Virus record (IMG/VR): IMGVR_UViG_3300028557_000185
Location: 1 to 24,645 of that record
Length of the DNA stretch: 24,645 nucleotides
From: a virus
Taxonomy: Duplodnaviria > Caudoviricetes
Direction: 5' to 3' (one strand)
Shown here one piece after another: positions 9,063 to 16,452 of this stretch. Below the pieces are notes generated by a model. It made no database searches and was not told the DNA's origin. It was given only the letters and a program-made list of their open reading frames with translations. A program made the translations under genes and the position numbers. Each line of letters begins with the position of its first letter. Positions within the stretch are counted from its first letter, which is position 1.

Positions 9063-9449
9063 TTATCTAACAAGAATCTCAGTTGTAATTTGTTGAATCC
9101 ATTTTGCATCCCAACTTGTTACCTTGCAATCAAAATGCTCCGGCGGTACAAAAAGTCTGTTCGTATCAAGATGCTTTGATTCAACAACAGTGTCCATCCA
9201 TACAACATAGTCAGCATCAAAAATCTCACGCATCTCTGGCAGAGGGCACACAAAGTCAGCAATCACATCTTTGTCACCAGCTAACTCTCTCATGCGTCTG
9301 GCCTGCCTCAGCCTGCCTTCAATGGTGAAATCCCAATCGTTTGCTTCTTGCCTTATTTGGTCTGCATTCAATCTTACAAACGGCAACGGTAAAGAATCAG
9401 CGAGTGTGGTCTTACCGGAACCCGGTAGGCCCATGACAAGCACTCTCAT
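9063..9449 (-). CDS. cysC: Short adenylylsulfate (APS) kinase-like P-loop kinase
   Basis: Walker A GLPGSGKT. NADQIR, DFTIEGRLRQARR, ADFVCP and FVPP parallel CysC motifs DGDNVR, GFSxxDRxENxRR, SFISP and YExP. The lid region appears to be missing. Confidence 0.6.
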   Translation of the reverse strand: MRVLVMGLPGSGKTTLADSLPLPFVRLNADQIRQEANDWDFTIEGRLRQARRMRELAGDKDVIADFVCPLPEMREIFDADYVVWMDTVVESKHLDTNRLFVPPEHFDCKVTSWDAKWIQQITTEILVR

Positions 9450-10264
9450 GCTTGTTCCCAGCGAACCTTAAACCCTTCCACTTCGGCGGGTTTGCGCCAG
9501 AACTCCTTGCCTGAGTACTTCTCCCACACCGACTTGGGCAGGATGGTGGGGCGCTCTTGCCACGACACTTGCTTGCGGACTGTGTGCAAGCTCTTCATGT
9601 TCAGCGCCTTGTCGTACACCTCGTTATCGTACTCGACGTTCATGTAATCGTGGTCGAAATACGGTTTGCCAATGAAGCCATACAACTCCCGCATCACGCT
9701 CTCGGGCTGCTTGCACAGCATCTCGTACTCCACCAGCATGATCATGTCGGGGTTTAAGAGCAGACCCTCTTCCAAGAAGTAGTAGGGCTTGACCACCTGA
9801 CCTTGCTTTTTCACATCCATCAGCGCATCGCACCGGGTGGTGACTGTTTGGCTAGATTCGTCATCCGTCAGGCTGGCGTTCCACAAAGTGTTCTTGGCCG
9901 CGATCCGCTCAAAGCTGTCCAGTATCCACGGCAAGTCCCGCACGCAGCAGATGATCTTGGTCTGTGGGTACAGGGTCTTCAGGAGAGATGTCTTGGATGT
10001 CCAGCCCCGGCTGGTGTCGAACACGATGGGCGGCTCAACAGCGTCGTAGTAGGCGTTGAACATGGCCCGCAGGATGCTCTTGCGGCGATCTTCATCAATC
10101 AGGTGGTTGCTCTCACTGCCCGTGATGACGTTGATGGTCGATGCCACCAAGCCTTGCACGGGCGAGGAGATGTCTGCGTAGAACTCAGGGTTCTGGCGCA
10201 AGATGGCCGACAGCAGGGTTGAGCCTGACCGTGGCAGTCCCGAGATGAAGAAGAACTCTTTCAT
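9446..10264 (-). CDS. PAPS-dependent sulfotransferase family protein
   Basis: 5'-PSB loop FISGLPRSGSTLL, 3'-PB motif KIICCVRD...ILDS, and VEYEMLCKQPE...FIG. ATGA-coupled at both ends. Confidence 0.85.
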   Translation of the reverse strand: MKEFFFISGLPRSGSTLLSAILRQNPEFYADISSPVQGLVASTINVITGSESNHLIDEDRRKSILRAMFNAYYDAVEPPIVFDTSRGWTSKTSLLKTLYPQTKIICCVRDLPWILDSFERIAAKNTLWNASLTDDESSQTVTTRCDALMDVKKQGQVVKPYYFLEEGLLLNPDMIMLVEYEMLCKQPESVMRELYGFIGKPYFDHDYMNVEYDNEVYDKALNMKSLHTVRKQVSWQERPTILPKSVWEKYSGKEFWRKPAEVEGFKVRWEQA

Positions 10265-10695
10265 GCCTGTGGTTCCATTGGCACCCAGTTGACTGTGGCC
10301 TCGTCCCACTGGTAACGCACGTTGCCACCGTTCATGATGGCATCAATAGGACGGGGTACTGGAGCGCCCCAGCTCATGGTGTCCAAGTAGCCGATCCACG
10401 ATGGGTACGGGCGTGTAGCTTCGTGCTCTGCAACACGGCGCTCGTTCCACTCGGTCTCGGTCAGGACTTCCAACACGCCGGGAATGTTTGTATCGGCGTC
10501 GTCATCACAGGTGCCGTAGTACTTGGGCGCACGCAGGTATGTGCCTGTGGAATCTGTTGGGACAGGCCATGTGGACTTGTCTTGCCAGATGATGCGCAAG
10601 CCTTTGACGGCTGGCATGGATGGCCCTGTGCGCTGTGGCTCGACAGTGCAAGGGATGCGGGTGTTGTGGTCAACTTCGGTTACGACGATGTGCAT
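10261..10695 (-). CDS. Hypothetical protein, possible tail-fibre accessory or chaperone
   Basis: 144 aa, overlaps the RT end by 16 nt. C-terminal PYPSW...W.APVPRP...YQWDEATVNW pattern is seen in small phage tail-associated proteins. Confidence 0.65.
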   Translation of the reverse strand: MHIVVTEVDHNTRIPCTVEPQRTGPSMPAVKGLRIIWQDKSTWPVPTDSTGTYLRAPKYYGTCDDDADTNIPGVLEVLTETEWNERRVAEHEATRPYPSWIGYLDTMSWGAPVPRPIDAIMNGGNVRYQWDEATVNWVPMEPQA

Positions 10696-11810
10696 TGTGA
10701 TGCTCCTAATCTGACAAGTTTTGTAAGCTGGCCATCAAACCAGCAGCCGGATTTACCAAGGTGTGTTGCTGCACGCTTGCGTTCTTTAAAAGCGTTAGCG
10801 TGCCGTAACATACCAAAATAACTGTTGACCGTTGCACGCAGAGGCTCAAATTCAGAATGCAGTGCAGTGCGCTTGTACATATTGGCAATCGTGGATCGGC
10901 GAATGTATTTACACCAAGGTTTAATAATATAGCCTACAAAGTTTATTCCCACCTCAACCCGATTAATTTCTTTTTTGTTAGGGTGAAACTTGACGGCAAG
11001 ATGTGTCTCGGCAAAAACCGACATTTTTTCATAAGCCTCGTTCAAATCGGTTCCGCTTCCGCCGATCACCACGATGTCATCGACATAACGGGCGTAATGC
11101 CGCAGCTTTAGCGTGTTCTTGGCGTACTGATCTAGCGCATCCAGATAGACGTTGGCAAAGAACTGACTGGACAGATTGCCAATCGGCAGACCAAAACCAG
11201 CTGTGGCGTTGAGCAAACTTTTGTGAGCGGGTACTTTAGAAAGTAACGACGCATCGCTCTTGATGTAAACATTTTCTTTTGGGTCTTTGTGCAAGATTGT
11301 CCGTGTCAAGGCCATCCACCACGGGTCGGTGATGTGCCGCGCCAGCATGGCGTCCAAAATTGACTTGTCAATAGACACAAAAAAATTTGCTACGTCAGCC
11401 TTTAAGAACCACGCCGGACGAGTGTGATTTTGAGTGGCCGACCGAATGAAATGTTGCACACGATTGGCTGCGCGGAGTGTGCCCTTTTCAGGGATGCAGG
11501 CGTAGCTGTCATGAATAAATCGCCGGTAAAAGTGGCCCGAGTAGCGGTTGTACAAAATGTGGTGTACAACCCTGTCCTTAAAATTTGCAGCCCAAACTTC
11601 ACGCGCCTTAGGTCTGGTGACGACAAACATGATGGATCGCCCCGGTTGGTAATTGCCAGCCACCAGCTCGTAGTACAAGTCCATCAGGTTGCGCTCAAGT
11701 TGACTTTCAAACTCAATTGCATTCCATGTATTGCGCTTTGCCTTTCGGCAGTCGTAATACGCCTGAAAAACTTCCGAAATTGACAGATCACACTGCATAC
11801 TTGGCTCCAT
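10680..11810 (-). CDS. DGR reverse transcriptase
   Basis: Motifs FKDRVVHH, DSYACIPEKGT, LKADVANFF, GLPIGNLSSQ (DGR-type SQ), YARYVDD and INFVGY. About 376 aa with no maturase or endonuclease domain. Alternative start at 11798. Confidence 0.95.
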   Translation of the reverse strand: MEPSMQCDLSISEVFQAYYDCRKAKRNTWNAIEFESQLERNLMDLYYELVAGNYQPGRSIMFVVTRPKAREVWAANFKDRVVHHILYNRYSGHFYRRFIHDSYACIPEKGTLRAANRVQHFIRSATQNHTRPAWFLKADVANFFVSIDKSILDAMLARHITDPWWMALTRTILHKDPKENVYIKSDASLLSKVPAHKSLLNATAGFGLPIGNLSSQFFANVYLDALDQYAKNTLKLRHYARYVDDIVVIGGSGTDLNEAYEKMSVFAETHLAVKFHPNKKEINRVEVGINFVGYIIKPWCKYIRRSTIANMYKRTALHSEFEPLRATVNSYFGMLRHANAFKERKRAATHLGKSGCWFDGQLTKLVRLGASQCTSS

Positions 11811-11812
11811 CG

Positions 11813-11939
11813 CCGAACTGCTCGAACCCGGTTTGAATTGTTCTTATTGTTGTTGTTCTGGTTGCCGTTATTGAAGTTCTGTTTCCATGCGTTCGTTGCA
11901 GAATTCTCAGTACTAGACCAGTAATTGTCAGCCGCAAAC
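11813..11939 (-). repeat. DGR template repeat (TR)
   Basis: 127-bp ungapped copy of 12465-12591. Contains 14 AAY codons in the VR frame and 46 adenines. Confidence 0.97.
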
Positions 11940-11998
11940 GCAAAGGCCATGCACTCACACAACGCAATGCAGATTTTTCCACACTGAGATTGGCTTGC

Positions 11999-12071
11999 GC
12001 CCTTTCGTTGGTTTCCCAACGGGCATGGCCCGAGATAGATGGGTCGCTAACGATCACCGTAATCATCGTTA
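11999..12071 (-). other. Stem-loops in the avd-TR spacer (5' part of the DGR RNA)
   Basis: CGTTGG-GAAA-CCAACG (12021-12006, GNRA loop, extendable by GCCC/GGGC) and TAACGAT-N10-ATCGTTA (12071-12048). Confidence 0.6.
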
Positions 12072-12428
12072 TTCCGCCCTCAAGTCTGGTGTATGTGTAA
12101 TCCATCCTTGTGCCTGACGCGCAAGCGAGTCAGTCAACAAGACGATTTCGGAAAAAACGGTAACATTAAGCAAACGCAAGTCTTTGGCAAGCCGAAGCAT
12201 TAATTCAATGACCTGCACTCTTTCAAGTATTTGCTGTAAGTGCTCTTTTCTTTGCTGGCGCAGTGTGTTGGCTTTATAAATAAACACAACCAATTCAATG
12301 CACTCATTTCTAATCTTGTCCCCTAGTGAGTATTTAAAATCACGGGGAAAATCTTTAGTTTTGCGCGTTACCATTTCAAGCAACTGGTAGGTTGTCTTGT
12401 ATATTGGTAAGTGTTTGTACTGTGCCAT
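12069..12428 (-). CDS. avd: DGR accessory variability determinant (four-helix bundle)
   Basis: 119 aa, basic and helical: LPIY...FPRDFKYSLGDKI...LRLAKDL...QAQGW. Located between VR and TR. Confidence 0.9.
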   Translation of the reverse strand: MAQYKHLPIYKTTYQLLEMVTRKTKDFPRDFKYSLGDKIRNECIELVVFIYKANTLRQQRKEHLQQILERVQVIELMLRLAKDLRLLNVTVFSEIVLLTDSLARQAQGWITHTPDLRAE

Positions 12429-12449
12429 GCAAAGAAAAGAATTAAAGAA

Positions 12450-13094
12450 TTAAACGGGCAATCTCCGAACTGCTCGAACCCGGGTCGAATAGTCCTTATT
12501 GTCGTAGTTCTGGTTGCCGCCACCGAAGAACTGTCTCCATGCGCCCGTCGCAGAAGGCTCAGTACTAGACCAGTAACTGCCAGCCGCAAACTCTTCTGCA
12601 CCACCAGTTACAAACGCCGCCGCCGAAGTTTGCGCAGGTGTTCCCGAAGTGTAACTACTATCCCTTCTGGGCACAGCGTTGGCGTTAACGCCTGCGCCGG
12701 TGTCATTGCCCGCTGTAGTGGGTTTTAGGTTGTAATAACACACTTCAAGTTCGTTTTTTGCGGGCATGTACCAGTCAGTAAAGCCGCCAATGGTCAAGCC
12801 TTTACAGAACTGCGCCGCTGGATGGCTTGCATTGTTCATGTTAGCGCTATTGGTTGGGCCGTCAATAACCGAAGATGTTCCCGCTGTGGACGTATTTGTG
12901 GTTTTCCATTGTTTAGATGAATTTTCGCCAGAAGATTTTGGGGCAACAACTAAATAAAAATCTGCAACCCCATTGCCAGCGGTTGAAATCTGACCTGCGT
13001 AATACCCGCCCTCATACGCAGAACCAATCGCACCCGGCGGTGGCGGGCCAAACGACCTCTGGTTCATAAATACAGCTTGAGATACGCCGCTCAT
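12450..13094 (-). CDS. DGR target: receptor-binding protein with C-type-lectin-like (DUF1566/Lcl-like) C-terminal domain
   Basis: ATGA-coupled to the tail fibre gene. Motifs DWYMPAKNEL, YWSSTE, AW and VRAVRR. VR lies at the 3' end. Confidence 0.9.
   Translation of the reverse strand: MSGVSQAVFMNQRSFGPPPPGAIGSAYEGGYYAGQISTAGNGVADFYLVVAPKSSGENSSKQWKTTNTSTAGTSSVIDGPTNSANMNNASHPAAQFCKGLTIGGFTDWYMPAKNELEVCYYNLKPTTAGNDTGAGVNANAVPRRDSSYTSGTPAQTSAAAFVTGGAEEFAAGSYWSSTEPSATGAWRQFFGGGNQNYDNKDYSTRVRAVRRLPV
12465..12591 (-). repeat. DGR variable repeat (VR)
   Basis: 20 differences from TR, all A to N on the coding strand (13 G, 4 T, 3 C). Confidence 0.97.
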
Positions 13095-14425
13095 GTCAAA
13101 CCACTCCCTGAGATAATCCATTCAGTGCTAGTAACTTTAATGCAAGTTGCCGAACCGTTAGCCGCAAGAGTTCGGCTACCAGTAGTACCAGCAGGTGACA
13201 ATCGCATTGTGTCGGTGGTAATTGCAATAGTTACAACACCAGCGCCGTTTTGATTGATAAACGTAATAGCAGTCCCAATAGGGAAAGCCACGCTACTGTT
13301 AGCAGGAATAGTAAACGTGCGTGCGGTCGTATCAGCAGATGGGTGCAGGATATGCTTACCGGAATCCGCTAGAACAAGCGTGTATGCAGCAGATTGAGAG
13401 TTCTGCGGGATATTCCTAAACCCAAGAGTGCAAGTCTCGTCTGGAAGCGTACATGTGTAGTCAGCAGCAAGGCTATCAGGGGCTTTTAGCGCAACATAGT
13501 TACTGCCGTTGTCGGTATCTTCTGGCAAACGCAGTTCTGCACCAGCACTGCTATTTCCAATAACAGCAAGGGGGGTTGCCAAAGATGCACCGGATACAAA
13601 ACTCAGCGCACCAGAGCCATTGGTTTGCAGAACCTGACCATTAGTCCCATCCGCCGACGGTAGGGTGAAAGTCAGATCGCTTGCTAATGTATTTGGCGCC
13701 TTCAGTGCCACATAGTTGGACCCGTTATCAGTATCTTCAGGCAAGCGGAGTTCTGCGCCAGCGGTGGCATTCCCTACAACAGCCAATGGAGTTGCAAGTG
13801 AGGATCCCGATACAAAACTCAGAACGCCACTGCCGTTTGTTTGAAGCACCTGTCCGTTTGTGCCATCTGCATTTGGAAGGGTAAATGTGACATTTCCCGC
13901 GAGTGTGTCTGCCGCTTTCAACGCAACGTAGTTGCTGCCATTGTCGGTGTCTTCCGGCAAACGAATTTCAGCGCCGGCGGTAGAGTTACCCGTTACAGCC
14001 AAGGGGGAAGCAAAAAACGTAGAAGAGACCGTTACAAAGTCAGAACCATTCCAAGCTACAAGAGCTTTAGTACCGGCCGGGATTGTCACACCCGTAGTGG
14101 GACCGGCGCCTCGAATGACAATTGACTGGCTTCCGCCCGTTGCATTAATAACAACGTATGCCTTGCTTTGGGCTGGCGCGGTGATGTTCCGCGTTGTTGA
14201 TCCAGTAGCAGTCCACAGAATAACTGCACTGCGAGCCTGGTTTGCCGCACCATTGGTGGTAGACAATGTTACGTCTGTATCCGCACTGAGAGTCGTCGTG
14301 CCAGCTACGGCAGTGTCAAGCAACGATGTAATCGCGGTGTTAACTTCTGTACCCCAAGTGCCCGATAGATCCCCTGTAGTGGGAAGGGCTAGGCCCAGAA
14401 GGGTGGTGTAATTGGTTGTAGCCAT
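13091..14425 (-). CDS. Tail fibre protein
   Basis: N-terminal anchor-like LGLALPTTG...GTWG, internal 72-aa repeats with TLP.ADGTNGQVLQTNGSG.LSF, and C-terminal beta domain ending WIISG. Confidence 0.85.
   Translation of the reverse strand: MATTNYTTLLGLALPTTGDLSGTWGTEVNTAITSLLDTAVAGTTTLSADTDVTLSTTNGAANQARSAVILWTATGSTTRNITAPAQSKAYVVINATGGSQSIVIRGAGPTTGVTIPAGTKALVAWNGSDFVTVSSTFFASPLAVTGNSTAGAEIRLPEDTDNGSNYVALKAADTLAGNVTFTLPNADGTNGQVLQTNGSGVLSFVSGSSLATPLAVVGNATAGAELRLPEDTDNGSNYVALKAPNTLASDLTFTLPSADGTNGQVLQTNGSGALSFVSGASLATPLAVIGNSSAGAELRLPEDTDNGSNYVALKAPDSLAADYTCTLPDETCTLGFRNIPQNSQSAAYTLVLADSGKHILHPSADTTARTFTIPANSSVAFPIGTAITFINQNGAGVVTIAITTDTMRLSPAGTTGSRTLAANGSATCIKVTSTEWIISGSGLT
13433..14011 (-). 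repeat. About 2.7 tandem 216-nt (72-aa) repeats in the tail fibre
   Basis: RLPEDTDNGSNYVALKA occurs three times. gatacaaaactcag occurs at 13593 and 13809, 216 nt apart. Confidence 0.9.
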
Positions 14426-14436
14426 TAATTCAACTC

Positions 14437-15318
14437 CTATTCGGTTACCACATGTTGCCAGTTTGGTGTCTGGTTGTCATCAATTAAAGACCAATAAAAT
14501 ACTTGCAGCGTGCCCACATTACCCATAGCTTGACAGCCAGTTATTGCAATAAGGTGCTGCCCTAGAACATTGCCTGCAGCGCCATTTGCTACAACGCCTG
14601 TAATGGGGATTTGTGTATTAGTTCCTGCAGTCCCCGCTACCCCAGATGCAACAACGCCAGATAGCTGCTTTTCTGTTGCTGGTGTTTCTACACCCACAGC
14701 TCCAGACGATTCAACCCCAACTAGAGCTACGGAAGTTATTGTCTGTAGCGGTAGGTTTGTTCCACCCCAGGTGCCTACGCCCCAGCCATAATCTCCCCAT
14801 CCGGAAGATCCACCAACATTTCCAGTAGCCTCAGCTCCGGATAGCCCTTTTGATATTGCAACTATCCCTGCGCTACCTGATGCCTCAACACCTGTAAGAG
14901 CAATCTGTCTTTCATCAACAGCTACAGATCCAACAACACCTAATGCTTCTGTACCGCTAACAACGGCCCCATAAACAAGCGTTCCAACATTACCCGCAGC
15001 AGCAACACCAGTAAGGGCTATTTGTCTTTCATCAACTACTACAGCGCCTACTGCACCAGAAGCCGTAACGCCCAATCCAGCGGGAGAGACAGTTTCAGTT
15101 ACATCTCCTGCGCTTCCCGAAGCAGATACCCCCGTAAGAGCTAACTGCCTTTCATCAACCGCTACTAAACCAACAGCGCCAGTAGAACCAACTCCAGACA
15201 AACTCAAACCAAAAACAACGTCACCTACAGATCCAGACGCAGCAACGCCCGTTAGGGTTTCACCAAGCCCACCCCATGTACCATCACCCCATGCACCCGA
15301 ACCCCACCCGGTAGCCAT
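14437..15318 (-). CDS. Gly/Val/Ala-rich repetitive virion protein
   Basis: Repeats of LTGVxAxGxVG, VDERQ(L/I)ALTGV three times, and two GWG..WG.GTWG motifs. Confidence 0.75.
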   Translation of the reverse strand: MATGWGSGAWGDGTWGGLGETLTGVAASGSVGDVVFGLSLSGVGSTGAVGLVAVDERQLALTGVSASGSAGDVTETVSPAGLGVTASGAVGAVVVDERQIALTGVAAAGNVGTLVYGAVVSGTEALGVVGSVAVDERQIALTGVEASGSAGIVAISKGLSGAEATGNVGGSSGWGDYGWGVGTWGGTNLPLQTITSVALVGVESSGAVGVETPATEKQLSGVVASGVAGTAGTNTQIPITGVVANGAAGNVLGQHLIAITGCQAMGNVGTLQVFYWSLIDDNQTPNWQHVVTE

Positions 15319-15341
15319 AGTTACTACCTTTCAGGGTTAAA

Positions 15342-15818
15342 TTACGTCGTAGAAAGGCGCAGCAGAGCGTTGGTAGTGTTGTTGGTCGGCATAGTCAGAG
15401 TAAACGTACCAGCGGTCACGGTTTGCGAACCAAAGGTATGAACACTGACAGCCTTATCACTTTGCGTCGAGTTGTAGATCAACACAGTATCAAACGCAGT
15501 GGTCAAAGTCACCGTGCTATAAGTAAAAGATGCCGTGGGCGTCGTAAAAGCAACGCCGGCAGTAGCCGAAGCGTTGGTAGCCGTCGGGGCATTCCAGGAA
15601 GAAATAGATACGCCACCAGCGGTATAGCCCGAGCCACTAACTTCTCCACTTACAGTGTACGCAGTTGTACTGGCATTAATAGTTGCCGAGGCAAGGTACA
15701 AAGCGGCCTTAAACGTGTCCGCTGTAGTAGATGCTCGAATAACACCAGTACCAAAGTTATGAGTACCAGTAAGAAGTTCCCCCATAAAGGAGGTGCACAT
15801 CGATTGAGTATTAGCCAT
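15342..15818 (-). CDS. Conserved hypothetical virion protein (paralog of 16026-16451)
   Basis: SD AGGAG. Pattern CTSF...FKAALY...TTAYT..GE..G..Y.AGG...LIY...KAV.V..FG. Confidence 0.8.
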   Translation of the reverse strand: MANTQSMCTSFMGELLTGTHNFGTGVIRASTTADTFKAALYLASATINASTTAYTVSGEVSGSGYTAGGVSISSWNAPTATNASATAGVAFTTPTASFTYSTVTLTTAFDTVLIYNSTQSDKAVSVHTFGSQTVTAGTFTLTMPTNNTTNALLRLSTT

Positions 15819-15831
15819 CTAATGCTCCTAA

Positions 15832-16026
15832 TTAAAAAGATGCCGCTTCTGCACCAGCAAAAACAGGCATTTGTTTCAAAGTCACGTGTACAGACCGATG
15901 GACAAGTTCATCTTCATGCCAATACTCAACCCACGTTGTGTACTCGTTATCATTGTCTACGAAGCCTTCTTTTTTCTCAAGCAGAGCTTCGTCCATATCA
16001 CCTTTTGTGGTAGTAATAAAAGCCAT
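15832..16026 (-). CDS. Small acidic hypothetical protein (64 aa)
   Basis: Start MAFITTTKG is TAATG-coupled to the upstream gene. Confidence 0.7.
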   Translation of the reverse strand: MAFITTTKGDMDEALLEKKEGFVDNDNEYTTWVEYWHEDELVHRSVHVTLKQMPVFAGAEAASF

Positions 16027-16451
16027 TACGTAATCCTTATAATTGCCGATGTACTTGTTGCTGCAGGAAATTCTACGGTAAACGTAGCCGTAGAGGTTTT
16101 GTCGTTTCCAAAATCCAAAACACAAACTGCTGGATTGGTAGTTCCGTTGAACTTGTAGATTAACGCTCCACGGGCTGTAATTGATCCGGTCCACGTTGCG
16201 TTACTAAAATCTACATACGACGTGCCATTCAAAGAGGCTAGAGATGGCGTAATTGTGTTTCCACCAGCCACATAGTTTCCGCCGCTTGTTTCACCATTGG
16301 CGGTGTATGCGGTTGTTGTTTCGTCTAGCGATGCTGCATTCGTATACAAAGCAATTTTGTATACATCAGACGTGCCTGATCCAAAATCAAAAGACCCGTC
16401 AAACAGACCTTCTTTAAAACTATTGCAGGTGTAGTTTCCAGTAAATGGCAT
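16026..16451 (-). CDS. Conserved hypothetical virion protein (paralog of 15342-15818)
   Basis: Pattern CNSF...YKIALY...TTAYT..GE..G..Y.AGG...LIY...PAV.V..FG. Confidence 0.8.
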   Translation of the reverse strand: MPFTGNYTCNSFKEGLFDGSFDFGSGTSDVYKIALYTNAASLDETTTAYTANGETSGGNYVAGGNTITPSLASLNGTSYVDFSNATWTGSITARGALIYKFNGTTNPAVCVLDFGNDKTSTATFTVEFPAATSTSAIIRIT

Positions 16452-16452
16452 T

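Larger units (their letters stand above)
10680..13094 (-). mobile_element. Diversity-generating retroelement: target(VR)-avd-TR-RT
   Basis: All four components are contiguous, and TR/VR differ only at TR adenines. Confidence 0.97.

Noticed and set aside
10680-11810. RT as group II intron, retron or Abi RT
   Set aside because: No maturase or endonuclease domain and no retron VTG motif. It has the SQ motif, avd and a TR/VR pair.
11684-12019. 111-aa ORF resembling the target C-terminus (NYWSSTEN...NNNNKNN)
   Set aside because: It is the TR read in the VR frame. AAY-rich TRs are naturally stop-free, so it is not a second target gene.
15832-16194. ORF-track starts extending genes upstream (also 13121, 10309, 9109, 7355, 17516, 18118, 19527, 20006, 21321)
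   Set aside because: They overlap upstream genes extensively or lack an RBS. The downstream starts give stop/start coupling or SD support.
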